64,000 nt of DNA from Gemmatimonas sp. (GTDB lineage: Bacteria > Gemmatimonadota > Gemmatimonadetes > Gemmatimonadales > Gemmatimonadaceae): NCBI GenBank assembly GCA_965279375.1, contig OZ257156.1, positions 4,384,001-4,448,000 of the forward strand. Direction: 5' to 3'. Below the pieces are notes generated by a model. The model had not been told where the DNA came from. It worked only from the letters and a program-made list of their open reading frames with translations, and searched no databases. Both the position numbers and the translations under genes were made by a program. Each line of letters starts with the position of its first letter. Position 1 is the first letter of the stretch. Shown here in pieces: positions 1 to 9,982 of the stretch.

Positions 1-1028
1 TTCGCGAACGCGTGCGCATCGATGGCTGCGCTGTCGAAGAGCGATCGCGCTTCCAGGCGAAAGGCGCGGCGATCTTGCGGCGGAACCAGCGCGAGGCGCT
101 CCCGGGCACGCTCCACCGCGTGCGCGAGGGGATTCACGTGCGCGACGATGAACTCCAACCGATCGAACGTTGCGAACGACGGAGACTGCTCGAGCATCGC
201 GATCGTGCGCTGCATCAGCGGCGCGATCGCCGACGCGCTTTCCGCCCCCGTATCCGTCGCTACGGCCTGCGACGCGCCTTCATAGACGCTCAGCGCGTCC
301 GCTACACCTCGCAGTGCCGCTGCGGTCTCGTTCAGCGATTCCAACGCGATGGGCGAGTCGTATCCTGTGATGCCCAAGGTGGAGACGCGCGCCAACTCCA
401 GTCGCGCCGCGTCCCATACACGATCGTCGGTGACGACTTGCACGGACGCCGTCGTTCGAAGTCGCCTTGTCAACGCACGTAGATTCTGCACCTCACGCGC
501 GAGCGAGACGGCATCGACGACCGCCTCCTGCGCGAAGAGCATCTCCTCGATGACCTGAAAGCCTTCGGGCGGGAAGACGACCTCGGGCCCTTCTTGCGCC
601 TCGACGCGCGGCAGCGCCGGCCCATTCATGGTCGCGGCCGTCGTCGGCTCGTAGTAGGCCGTGAGAAACTCGGCGCGCTTGAACGCCAGTCGGCTTTCGC
701 GAAACAGCGCGCGCACGACCTCCAGATGCTTTGTCTGCTTGTCAGCGCCGCTCAGCGCTACGGCGCCAGCCTCGAGACGCTCGAGGCGCTGTGCCAGACT
801 ATCGATGTCGGCAACCCATTGCGTACGCACCGCGACTGCGGCCGACGTCATCCCGCCCGTACCGCTCTCGGGGGCAACGGTTGATCCTCCGCGCGGGTTC
901 GCTGGCGCTGACGAGCGCTCTCCGCAGCCGACGATCACGGCGAGCGCCAACACTACGAGTCCGCTGCGCGACTGAACTGCAAAGGGCCGGCGCAATGCGC
1001 CGGCCCCTGACTTCGTGTTGCAATTCAT
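1..1028 (-). CDS. Putative di-heme cytochrome c peroxidase (MauG/CCP family) lipoprotein; N-terminal part only, runs off the window start
   Basis: Not in the ORF track because it has no stop in the window. Hand translation from ATG 1028 (TGATG overlap with the upstream stop) gives lipobox-like LAVIVGC, SRLAFKRAEFLTAYYEP, NGPALP, PEGFQVIEEMLF and RLELARVSTLGITGYDSP. I recognise these from the N-terminal domain of long CCP-family proteins. No CxxCH is visible inside the window. Confidence 0.65.
   Translation of the reverse strand, partial: MNCNTKSGAGALRRPFAVQSRSGLVVLALAVIVGCGERSSAPANPRGGSTVAPESGTGGMTSAAVAVRTQWVADIDSLAQRLERLEAGAVALSGADKQTKHLEVVRALFRESRLAFKRAEFLTAYYEPTTAATMNGPALPRVEAQEGPEVVFPPEGFQVIEEMLFAQEAVVDAVSLAREVQNLRALTRRLRTTASVQVVTDDRVWDAARLELARVSTLGITGYDSPIALESLNETAAALRGVADALSVYEGASQAVATDTGAESASAIAPLMQRTIAMLEQSPSFATFDRLEFIVAHVNPLAHAVERARERLALVPPQDRRAFRLEARSLFDSAAIDAHAFA
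984..1006 (-). terminator. GC-rich hairpin just after the phoX-like stop (weak terminator or mRNA stabiliser)
   Basis: Perfect inverted repeat GGGCCGGCGCA-A-TGCGCCGGCCC, followed by TTT on the minus strand. Confidence 0.4.
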
Positions 1029-2485
1029 CAGCGCGGCAATCCCTTCACCACAACGAGCTGGCTTGCCTGCTGTTCGGCAGGACGGACCGTTCCGCCGTCG
1101 ACGCCCTGATACTTGGCTGCCTGCCACGAGTGCGGCTGCAGCGAAAGCATGAACGTGTTGGGCGTCTGCAGCTGATCGGAGATGTCGATCATCGCGCCAT
1201 ACTCCCAGCCTGCCTTGCCTTCGGCACGCGCGCCCACGGCGTTGTACTTGGCCGCATCGGTGGCCGTGCGGCGGTGGTCCAGCTGCAACACCGGACGCAG
1301 CTCCTTCGTCGCGATGTTGTACTGGTAGATGTAGCCATCATGCGTCTCGTCGCCGTAGCCGTTGTCGTCTTCCTGCACGTACAGATAGTTGGTGCCCACC
1401 ATGATGTTGTCAGGGTTCTGGAACAGCTTTGCGGGCCCCGAACGATCGTCGCCGTCGAGAATCACTTCCAGATTGCCCTTGAGCGGATCGGCGGCATCGA
1501 GGGTGATGCGATACACGCGGCCGTATTTGGCGCGCGAGTAGTCGGCGTTCACGCCGGTGTTGTTCTGGCCGGTCACGGTGAAGTACGCTTCGCGCCCCGT
1601 GCCTTCCTTCCGATAGTCGATGTCTTCGACGCGGCCGAACGCGACCGACTTGAGCGTCGCGGTCGCAAGGTTGAGCTGACGGCCCGTCATGGCCGTATGG
1701 TTCACCAGTTCGCGGAACACCACCGGATACGTCTGTCCGACCACCATGTCGCGTTCCTTCGTCACGTCGTTCGTGCGGGCGAGCGCGTACAGCTTCCCGT
1801 TGTTCAGGTCACCCAACGTGTTCGACACGTACAACACCAACTGACCACCCTCGGCGCCGGAATCATCGTCGCCCAACAGGATGACGGTCTTGCCCGCGTA
1901 CGCATTCTTCGGCAGCGGCACCGCGTTCTCCGTGTTCCAGCGACCAAAGCCCGTCAGGTAGGTCGGCGTGTTTACCGGACCGAACGGGTTGACGCTGAGC
2001 ACCTGCGACTCTTCGCTGCTCTCGCCGGCCGTGATGTACAGCGGACCGAAGCCGTGCTCGGCTACCGTCACCATCGTCGCCGAACACAGGCGATACTTGC
2101 CGTTCGTCGAGTTCACGACGTACTCGCCGCGAATCGCCTTGAACGTCGAGTCGAACGTGATGCGAGAGACGGAGAAATTGTCTTCGTGATTGACCAGCGC
2201 CGTGAATGACTTGTCGGCATTGCGAATCAGTCCGGAACCGTCCGCCGAGCCGCCGAAGATGAACGACGGCGAACCCGGGAGCACGTCGTCGCTGCCCACG
2301 ACGGTGTAGATGTCCACGCCGGAGATCAGGCTCTTCACGAGCGCCGGCGTCACGGAATTGTTCTTGAGTACCACAGGGTTCGGCGCGACGCTCGTCACGT
2401 CGGCATCGTCGCCACAACCGCCCAGTGCCAGCATGGTCGCCGCTGCGCCAACGGCGGCGCTCGCGCGAGCAAAAGTCCACTTCAT
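1028..2485 (-). CDS. PhoX/DUF839-family alkaline phosphatase-like lipoprotein
   Basis: GGAGG RBS before ATG 2485; lipobox LALGGC; motifs DG, VNHED, RLCSA, ENA, RVEDI, NPDN, QED, WEYG. Confidence 0.75.
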   Translation of the reverse strand: MKWTFARASAAVGAAATMLALGGCGDDADVTSVAPNPVVLKNNSVTPALVKSLISGVDIYTVVGSDDVLPGSPSFIFGGSADGSGLIRNADKSFTALVNHEDNFSVSRITFDSTFKAIRGEYVVNSTNGKYRLCSATMVTVAEHGFGPLYITAGESSEESQVLSVNPFGPVNTPTYLTGFGRWNTENAVPLPKNAYAGKTVILLGDDDSGAEGGQLVLYVSNTLGDLNNGKLYALARTNDVTKERDMVVGQTYPVVFRELVNHTAMTGRQLNLATATLKSVAFGRVEDIDYRKEGTGREAYFTVTGQNNTGVNADYSRAKYGRVYRITLDAADPLKGNLEVILDGDDRSGPAKLFQNPDNIMVGTNYLYVQEDDNGYGDETHDGYIYQYNIATKELRPVLQLDHRRTATDAAKYNAVGARAEGKAGWEYGAMIDISDQLQTPNTFMLSLQPHSWQAAKYQGVDGGTVRPAEQQASQLVVVKGLPR

Positions 2486-2588
2486 CACAATCGTCCTCCA
2501 GGCGGGCATCCCGCCATCCCGTGAATGCATGACGCGGAGATGCCGTGTCACGTCGCGGCGCAGTATCGCCCGGCGAATGCTGCGACTC

Positions 2589-2606
2589 CGTGACTGCTAT
2601 GTCACG
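2589..2606. promoter_or_regulatory. Palindromic candidate operator between the divergent phoX-like and Rieske genes
   Basis: CGTGAC-N6-GTCACG perfect inverted repeat in the intergenic region. Confidence 0.3.
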
Positions 2607-2678
2607 AACTGGCTGCTAGTCTGTCGCAAGCAGGCAAATGAGGGCGCAATTGTCGGAACTGCAGTTCAGACTAGAGTG

Positions 2679-3113
2679 ATGGCCACGGTCTCGAGGCGTC
2701 AGTTCATCGCGCAGTCCACGGCATTGCTGCCAACGGTCCTGGCGTGCACCGAGTCAATCGCCGGTCCAGACATCGCCGCTGGCAATGGCATCGATGTCAC
2801 GCGCGATGCCGTTCGCCTCGACCTGACGCGCATCCCGGCACTGAATCGGGTCGGCGGTTCGCTCGTCGTCGCCGAGGCCAACATCATTGTGCTTCGGCTC
2901 GGGCCTGACGACTTCCGAGCATTCTCGAACATCTGTACGCATGCCGGGTGCGGCATCTACGAGTTCGCGCGAGAGCGCATGCGGTGTCAGTGCCATGGCT
3001 CCGAGTTCGATCTCGACGGCCTCAACGTCGCCGGACCCGCACCCGCTCCGCTACCGCGCCTGGTACTTCAAGTCGAACAGGCCGGTCGCGCCATTCGGAT
3101 CAGCCGACTGTAG
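2679..3113 (+). CDS. Tat-exported Rieske [2Fe-2S] (lipo)protein
   Basis: SRRQFI Tat motif and VLAC; CTHAGC and CQCHGS Rieske boxes; GPAPAPL. Confidence 0.9.
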   Translation: MATVSRRQFIAQSTALLPTVLACTESIAGPDIAAGNGIDVTRDAVRLDLTRIPALNRVGGSLVVAEANIIVLRLGPDDFRAFSNICTHAGCGIYEFARERMRCQCHGSEFDLDGLNVAGPAPAPLPRLVLQVEQAGRAIRISRL

Positions 3114-3127
3114 CATCCACAGTCCGA

Positions 3128-3847
3128 TCAGGGCGCTGGTGCTCGTGCAGGAACCAGTTGCATGACATCGTCCAGCAGCGCGGCCAGGTTTCCGTCGAAG
3201 TGATGCCCGCCGGACCGTTCATCAACGCGCATGAGTCCCGCCGGCAGCCCTCGGCAACCTGAGCTCTTCTCCTCGGTGCCCGATACACACACCATCGGAA
3301 GTCCGCGCAGCCGTTCCAATTCCGGATGAATCGGGATGTCCGTTACACGCGGCGTGTCCTTGACGAGATCGCTCCAGTGGAACTCGAATGACGCCATCGG
3401 AGCGAGCCCGAACAGTGCGAGTCCGACCAGCTCGTCACGCAACGCGCGCGGCAAGCGAGTGGCAACGAAAGGCGCCATGTCAGCGCCGCGCGAATAGCCA
3501 ACCAACAACAGTCGGTCGCCCGGACTACGCGCACGTGCTTCCGCGATCGCACGCTCGATTGCCTTTGCCGTCTCATCCGGCGTCTTTGGCGAAGATAGCC
3601 ACGTGCGAGAGTTCACTCCCACGACCGCGATACCACGTGCGGCAAGCCCGTCCGCGATGGAGCGAATCAACTCCGCCCACCCGCCATCTCCGCTCAACAA
3701 CACCGCGGTCAAATGTGCTGATGGGCCGCGCGGCGCAACGAACGTCAGATCCAGATCGCCCTCGCGCATACTCGATTGCGCCTGCAAGAGGACGGGAGAC
3801 AGCAGTGCGGCCAACAGCAAGCGTCGGAATGCACGTCGGGTTGTCAT
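3128..3847 (-). CDS. acvB: AcvB/VirJ-family lysyl-phosphatidylglycerol hydrolase (single domain)
   Basis: SGDGGW, GYSRG nucleophile motif, GGHHFDG; signal peptide; TGATG overlap with mprF. Confidence 0.85.
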   Translation of the reverse strand: MTTRRAFRRLLLAALLSPVLLQAQSSMREGDLDLTFVAPRGPSAHLTAVLLSGDGGWAELIRSIADGLAARGIAVVGVNSRTWLSSPKTPDETAKAIERAIAEARARSPGDRLLLVGYSRGADMAPFVATRLPRALRDELVGLALFGLAPMASFEFHWSDLVKDTPRVTDIPIHPELERLRGLPMVCVSGTEEKSSGCRGLPAGLMRVDERSGGHHFDGNLAALLDDVMQLVPARAPAP

Positions 3848-6465
3848 CACTTGCGAACGATGCCTCCAAGACCACCAGAGATGAGAGATGCGACATTCGC
3901 GAGAATGCGAGGCAGCGCGAGCCCTCCCGGTGACGCGAGATAGCGCGGCTGCCACACAGGATCGAACTTCTCCTTGTACTGCCGCAGGCCGCGAAAGTTG
4001 TAGAAGTGTTCTCCGAACCTGAACACAAGCGCTCCGGCTCGCGCCCACAGCGGCGCCAGCGCGCGATTCTCGAGACCGGACAGCGGCGCCATTCCAAGAT
4101 TGCAACGATCGTACCCTTCTTCATGCCCCCACTGCATGAGTTGGATGAACAGATAGTCCATCATCCCCGGCGGTGCGGCGCGCGTCCACCGCATGAGATC
4201 GACACTGAGCTCGGACTTGTTCGCCGTCGACCAGATGTTCGCGAAGGCGACGGGCACGCCGAGGTGGCGTACCAAGGCGATCGGATGATGGGAGAGATAC
4301 GATTCATCGAACCGGCCAAGCGAGAACCCCTTTTCTCTCGCGCTCTTCTCGGCGAGCCACGCATTCGAGATGTTTCGCAGCACGGGCATGAGCGGCAACG
4401 TGTCCGCCGGCTGCACGATCTCGAAACTCACCTGGCGCTTCTCCGCCTCCTTGAGCGAGCGACGCAATCCCTTTCGACGGCTGCCATCCAGCGTGAAGTC
4501 TCGAAGCGGTACGATCGCCTCCTCGCCCAGCTTGAGCAGCGAAAGACCAAGATCGATGTAGAGCGGGAGCCGTTCCGTGCCGACCTCGTAGAACACGGTC
4601 CAGCCGCCATGTCGATCGGCCATTTCGCGAAAGCGCCACGCCAACTCGGCGCCGGCCGACTCGTCCCCGAATGGATCGCCCAATGCAACCCAGCTGCGCC
4701 CTTCCACGCCGTACATCAGCATCGCCGACGTGGCGTCGTCGAGGAGCAACGCCTTGTCACCCAGCAGCGCGAGGTTCGAGCGCGTGTCGTCAGTCGCGGC
4801 AACGATTCGCTCTGCGCGCGACAGCTCGGCAACAGTCGGCAACTCGGGCTCGGCGGGCGATTGGCGCAGCAACCGCCAGAGGGCGAGAACGACTACGCTC
4901 CCCAGCACCGCGAACGTCGCACGCAGAAATCTCGGCGCGTCGGCGTTGCGACTGAATCGCCACCACAAATCGTTGTTGTACTCCACGTGCCGAAATGCGA
5001 ACATGCCGAATGCCACGCTCGCCCCGATCGCACTGACGATCGCTACGATCCACTCGGGCTCGAGCGGTTCCGCGAACAGCGCCGCGCGTCGATGAAACGC
5101 GCGCCGACTCGGTATCAGGATGCACAGCACGCTCCCCAGGATCGCGGCCTCCTCGAAGTCGAGCCCCTTGAGCAGCGATGAGACGATACCGGCGCTCAGT
5201 GCGCAGACCGCCAGCACCCACGCTGCATCCAGTCGACGGCGCAGCGCCCATGCCAGCAAGACAAGCGCTGCACCGAGCAGGCTGCCCGTCAGGTGCGACA
5301 GTTCGATCACGCCCAGCGGCAGCAGGCGATCGAGCACCGCCATTCGTCCGCGCTCGGACGGTGTCGCACCAGACACGAGCAACACGAGTCCCGCGAGGAA
5401 CGTTGCCAGGCTGAGCGCGGTCGGAAGCATCGCTGGCCCAAACCGGCCGGCGACGCGCGCCGTTGCTTTGGCGGCAGACGCGATCAACACACGTCGCCGC
5501 TGAATCAGCATTCCCGCCAGCGCCAGCGACGCCAGCATAAACGGCAACAAGTAGTAGATCGCGCGATAGACCACCAATGCGGCGACCGCTTGCTCCGCCC
5601 CAACGTGCGGCGAGAGCAGCAGGACCATCAGCGAATCGAATACACCCAGACCGCCGGGCACATGGCTGATGAGACCAACGCCCTGCGCGAGTGCGAAGAA
5701 GCCGAGGAAGGCGAGGAACGAGATGCCAGGTGTCGGCGGCAGCAGCACCCACGCCACGACGCCCGCGAGCAGCCAGTCGGCGCACGCTACCGCAAACTGG
5801 GAGAGGGTGAGCGCGGGGCCCGGCGCATCGAACGTCAGGCCGCCGATGGTGATCGGATCGCGTCGTACGCAGCCGAGAACGAGATACGCCGCGACAAGCG
5901 CCAGGAGCACGATGCCCACCGGTCGCAACCATAGCTCTGAGCTGTAGGCCAGCACGGCGGTGGGCAACGTCTCGAAGGTGAGCGCAAGACCGCACGCGGT
6001 AAGGATGCCGAGCCAGAATCCGACCGCCGAGAAGGTGGCTGCACGAGCGACGTCGCCGGTGGTCAGCCCCTGCGCCGACCAGAAGCGCAGTCGAAACGCA
6101 CCGCCGGTGATCGCGGCGAAGCCCAGGCTCTGGCTGAATGCGTACGCGAACAGAGAAGCGCGCAGCGCGTAGCGAAGCGGCATGCGTTGCTTGGCGTAGC
6201 GAAGCCCCAGCAGGTCGTACATCGGGAGCACGCAATAGCACGCGACCGTGGCCAGCAACGCTTCGAGAATATGACGCGTCGGCAACTCGCCGACACTGCG
6301 CATGACCGCGCGATAGGACGTGGTCTGCAGCTCGGAGCGAATCGCGATTGCGGCGAGCACCAGCACAAACAGCGAGAGGAAGGGCATCAGCCATCTGCGC
6401 CACTTCGAATCCCCAGGATGTAGCGCCGACGCGCCCGCATGCAGCGGTTGGATTGGAGCGCTCAT
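3847..6465 (-). CDS. mprF: Bifunctional aminoacyl(lysyl)-phosphatidylglycerol flippase/synthase MprF
   Basis: Multi-TM N-terminus (VPGGLGVFD, YRAIYY); C-terminal domain with EKGFSLG, DLMR, LGMAPL, YNFRGLRQYKEKF. Confidence 0.95.
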   Translation of the reverse strand: MSAPIQPLHAGASALHPGDSKWRRWLMPFLSLFVLVLAAIAIRSELQTTSYRAVMRSVGELPTRHILEALLATVACYCVLPMYDLLGLRYAKQRMPLRYALRASLFAYAFSQSLGFAAITGGAFRLRFWSAQGLTTGDVARAATFSAVGFWLGILTACGLALTFETLPTAVLAYSSELWLRPVGIVLLALVAAYLVLGCVRRDPITIGGLTFDAPGPALTLSQFAVACADWLLAGVVAWVLLPPTPGISFLAFLGFFALAQGVGLISHVPGGLGVFDSLMVLLLSPHVGAEQAVAALVVYRAIYYLLPFMLASLALAGMLIQRRRVLIASAAKATARVAGRFGPAMLPTALSLATFLAGLVLLVSGATPSERGRMAVLDRLLPLGVIELSHLTGSLLGAALVLLAWALRRRLDAAWVLAVCALSAGIVSSLLKGLDFEEAAILGSVLCILIPSRRAFHRRAALFAEPLEPEWIVAIVSAIGASVAFGMFAFRHVEYNNDLWWRFSRNADAPRFLRATFAVLGSVVVLALWRLLRQSPAEPELPTVAELSRAERIVAATDDTRSNLALLGDKALLLDDATSAMLMYGVEGRSWVALGDPFGDESAGAELAWRFREMADRHGGWTVFYEVGTERLPLYIDLGLSLLKLGEEAIVPLRDFTLDGSRRKGLRRSLKEAEKRQVSFEIVQPADTLPLMPVLRNISNAWLAEKSAREKGFSLGRFDESYLSHHPIALVRHLGVPVAFANIWSTANKSELSVDLMRWTRAAPPGMMDYLFIQLMQWGHEEGYDRCNLGMAPLSGLENRALAPLWARAGALVFRFGEHFYNFRGLRQYKEKFDPVWQPRYLASPGGLALPRILANVASLISGGLGGIVRK

Positions 6466-9400
6466 GTGCTACGCAGCTCCACCGTGGCCTTTCGCTCCAG
6501 CGTACCCCAGCCAACCAGGCCGCCGCGCGCTGCGGCCGCGAACGCCTTCCACACCACCCAATACATGAACTGCCGATACGCAAAGCGCTGCAGGAATACG
6601 AGCCACGTCAAGCGAAACTCCTCCTCAGGTTCAGCCAGAAAGGCAATCACGGCCGCCAGCCAATCCACAAGAAGAAAGACTGCGTACAACGTCAGGATCT
6701 GTTCGAGTGATGCCACAGCGTAGGTTCCGCCGTGCTGCAGCCCAACCAGCCAAACCGACACCAGGCTCAGTACGAACATCAGATCAGCCAACGGCGCGAT
6801 GGCGTTGACGAGTAGCTGAAAAATCCACGTGTTTGGAAGCGCGATCATGCCCAGCGAGCCGGCGCTCGGACGCAGCAGCGCACCGCGATACTTCCACATG
6901 CACTGCAGCGTACCGAAGCTCCAGCGGAAGCGCTGCTTTATCAGCCCGCGCACCGTGTCCGGCGCCTCCGTCCACGCGACCGCATGCGGCGCGTACGAGA
7001 TCTCATAGCCTTTCGACAACAGTGCCAAAGTCAGATCCTGGTCTTCAGCCAGCGTGTCGTGTGAGAAGCCGCCAGCTGCCAGCACCGCCTCTCGCCGCCA
7101 CGCGCCTACCGCGCCCGGGACAACCGTGATGCCATTCAGGAGCGAGAATGCGCGCCGATCCAGGTTCTGGCTGGTGACGTATTCGATCGCCTGCCACCGA
7201 GTGAGCAGATTGAGCCGATTGCCCACCTTTGCATTGCCGGCGACGGCCGCCACCTCCGCACGCGCCAGCGGCTTCACCAACTCGGCGACGGTGTCCGGCT
7301 CAAAGAGCGTATCGGCGTCGAGTCCGATCATGATCTCGCCATGTGCGTGCGTCATGCCAAAGTTGAGCGCAGAGGACTTTCCACCGTTCGGCTTGGTGAA
7401 CACCGTCACACGAGCGTTCCCGACGAACGCGTCACGCGCCACCGCATATGTGTCATCCGGTGAGCCGTCATCCACCACTATCACGTGCAGCACGCCATCG
7501 TAGCGCTGCGCGAGCAGGCTCTCGATCGTGCGCACGATGACTGCCGCTTCGCGATAGGCCGGCACGATCACCGACACTGATGGCAGGTACGGTGCATCGG
7601 GGTGCTGCGCGGCGTTGCGTTTCGCATCGTTCGCACGACGCCACTCGCGTACTCGCTGCACAATGGCCAGCACGCTCACGAACGCCACTCGGCTCAGACC
7701 GAGCACGACGGCGACGAGAAACACCCAGGTGAGAAGCCACTCGCCCCAGCCGAATAGCGCGAAGCCGACCAACTCCATGATGCGCGCGGGTTCCTCCGCA
7801 CTCGACAGCCGCGCCATGCCGTGAAACGTGCCATCACCCACCAACCCGGAAAGCGTCACGAGTGTGTCGCCGCGAGCGCGCAGCGAATCGATGAGCGGGC
7901 CAATCGCGGCCAGCGTCTGCGCCCGATCGCCGCCGCCGTCATGCAGCAGTACCACGTTCCCGCGTTCGCGAGCGCTGAGCACGTTCCGCACGATCGCCTT
8001 CACGCCGGGGCGCATCCAGTCTTCTGAATCGAGATGCAATCCGGCAATCACATAACCGCGATCCGACGCAATGGCCGCGGGCACCAGTTCGTCTGCCGTC
8101 GTGGGCTCGGCGTCACCAAAGAACGGCGCGCGAAACAGCACGACGCGTCGATCGAGCGTCGCCTCGAGCAGTCGCTGATTGAGGTCCAACTCCAGTCCCA
8201 CCAGTGCGGGCGAGAGGAGCGAGAGATTCGGATGCGTGAAGGTGTGATTGCCGATCTCGTGTCCGGCGGCGAGTACGCGTTGAGCGAGTCGCAGATTCGA
8301 CTCCACCGCGGTGCCTATCATGAAGAACGTCGCGGGAACGCCGCGTGATGCGAGCGTATCAAGAATGGCGGGAGTCCACTGCGGGTCTGGGCCGTCATCG
8401 AACGTCAACGCCACTCGGTGCGCCTGTGCGCCGAAGCGCTGCACCACCCACGGCGTTGGCACTGACGTCGTACGTTCGGCGGTGACGACGTCGCGCGCGG
8501 AGTCGACGGTCAGGGTGCGCGTTCCGACGCGCGGCCGCGACTCGATGCGCAGCAGTTCGCCGGTGCCGTCAAACTCGACGTCGTATCCGGGCGCGATCGT
8601 ATCCAGCGCGCGCACTGCGTTGCGCAGCGAACCCGTGCGCTGTGTGCGCCACACAGAAGGATCTTCAGCACCAAGTCGCCACAGCGCCGTTCCGCGCGCG
8701 CTCAGGCGACGTCCGATGGCGAGTTGGTTGTATGCGGTGACACCGTCCAGATACCACGCAACATGGTCGGTGGAGTCCGGATCGGTCCACGTGATGTACG
8801 GGTTCAGCGAAACGGAATCGAAGCGGATGGGCACGCCGTTCTCGCGCGCCTTCTGCATGACGTCCTGAAAGGTCAGTGCATTGCCCGAGGCGCGAGGCCC
8901 GGCGTCGTTCCAATCGTAGCCGTAAGCGCCGATGGCCAGCAGCGCCTTACCGGCCGGAACCGCGCGCAGCATTTGCTGCGCTTCGCGGAGATACCATTGC
9001 TGACTCGCCACCGGACCGGGATCGCCAGCACCGTAGTGCTCGTCGTACAACATGAGGAAGACGCGATCATTGAGTGCCGCATATTGGGCAAGCACGTCGC
9101 GCGGCGTGTCGGTGCCCAGTGCCTGTGAAAGCAGCAGCGGCGGACCGGTCGCCTGAACGGTTCCCATGGCAGCGCGCAGTTCGATGAGGAACTGGCGCAC
9201 ATCGGCGTGCAACGACGACGGTATCTCCTCAAAGTCGAGCGTCACGCCCGCCAGTCCCCACTGCTTTACCGTGCGCACAACCTGCGCAATCGCGTGCTGA
9301 CGCGACGCTGGACGCGCCACGAGCGCGCGCAACCTGACGGCATCGAAGCGCTGCGTCGTCGAGTCGACGTTGCTCAGCATCAGCAAGACGCGCGGGCGCG

Positions 9401-9917
9401 TGGCCTCCGGCATGCGGGAGAGCAGGAAAGGCACTCGGCGATCAACCGTCACGCGCAACGAATCGCCACCGGGGGCGACGAACGCCCATTCCGCCACCAG
9501 CCAATCGATGTCGTCCGCATGCGCCTTCAGCGCGGCGAACGCGTTGTCATCCCAATTCACGTAGAACGCGGCGAACTCGCCCTGCGTCATGGTTGGACGG
9601 GCACTGCCGATCTGCTGCACGGGTATCGCCGCAGGCCGCAGCGACGGAACGGCGGGACGTCGCTCGAGCGAGGCGAGCAGATGCCTTCGCGCGGCCTCCC
9701 GCTCCCGGGCTTTGCGCGACGTGCGGAGCGTGGGCAGCGTGGCCAGACCGCGCTCGCGCCGCACACCGGAGGCGAACGCTGGCAGCACGGGCGGCACCAG
9801 CAGATACGCAACGAGCGCCAGCGTGGCAACGGTCGTAAACACACCGGCCGCCAATGCCGTACGCCGAAGCGCGCGCCACCGACGGCCAGTTGGATCTGCA
9901 AAAACGTGTCGAGTCAT
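6462..9917 (-). CDS. Trifunctional GH18-like / polysaccharide deacetylase / GT2 glycosyltransferase
   Basis: GH18-like GVTLDFEE and MLYDEH; NodB TFDDGP, HTFTHP, LLHDGGG; GT2 DDGS, DAD, EDQD, QRFRW; TM helices. Confidence 0.9.
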   Translation of the reverse strand: MTRHVFADPTGRRWRALRRTALAAGVFTTVATLALVAYLLVPPVLPAFASGVRRERGLATLPTLRTSRKAREREAARRHLLASLERRPAVPSLRPAAIPVQQIGSARPTMTQGEFAAFYVNWDDNAFAALKAHADDIDWLVAEWAFVAPGGDSLRVTVDRRVPFLLSRMPEATRPRVLLMLSNVDSTTQRFDAVRLRALVARPASRQHAIAQVVRTVKQWGLAGVTLDFEEIPSSLHADVRQFLIELRAAMGTVQATGPPLLLSQALGTDTPRDVLAQYAALNDRVFLMLYDEHYGAGDPGPVASQQWYLREAQQMLRAVPAGKALLAIGAYGYDWNDAGPRASGNALTFQDVMQKARENGVPIRFDSVSLNPYITWTDPDSTDHVAWYLDGVTAYNQLAIGRRLSARGTALWRLGAEDPSVWRTQRTGSLRNAVRALDTIAPGYDVEFDGTGELLRIESRPRVGTRTLTVDSARDVVTAERTTSVPTPWVVQRFGAQAHRVALTFDDGPDPQWTPAILDTLASRGVPATFFMIGTAVESNLRLAQRVLAAGHEIGNHTFTHPNLSLLSPALVGLELDLNQRLLEATLDRRVVLFRAPFFGDAEPTTADELVPAAIASDRGYVIAGLHLDSEDWMRPGVKAIVRNVLSARERGNVVLLHDGGGDRAQTLAAIGPLIDSLRARGDTLVTLSGLVGDGTFHGMARLSSAEEPARIMELVGFALFGWGEWLLTWVFLVAVVLGLSRVAFVSVLAIVQRVREWRRANDAKRNAAQHPDAPYLPSVSVIVPAYREAAVIVRTIESLLAQRYDGVLHVIVVDDGSPDDTYAVARDAFVGNARVTVFTKPNGGKSSALNFGMTHAHGEIMIGLDADTLFEPDTVAELVKPLARAEVAAVAGNAKVGNRLNLLTRWQAIEYVTSQNLDRRAFSLLNGITVVPGAVGAWRREAVLAAGGFSHDTLAEDQDLTLALLSKGYEISYAPHAVAWTEAPDTVRGLIKQRFRWSFGTLQCMWKYRGALLRPSAGSLGMIALPNTWIFQLLVNAIAPLADLMFVLSLVSVWLVGLQHGGTYAVASLEQILTLYAVFLLVDWLAAVIAFLAEPEEEFRLTWLVFLQRFAYRQFMYWVVWKAFAAAARGGLVGWGTLERKATVELRST

Positions 9918-9982
9918 CGACAGGCTGCTACACCGCCTCGCGCGGAAGGATCACCGCGCGCTGCGGCACTGCATGCGGCCAG

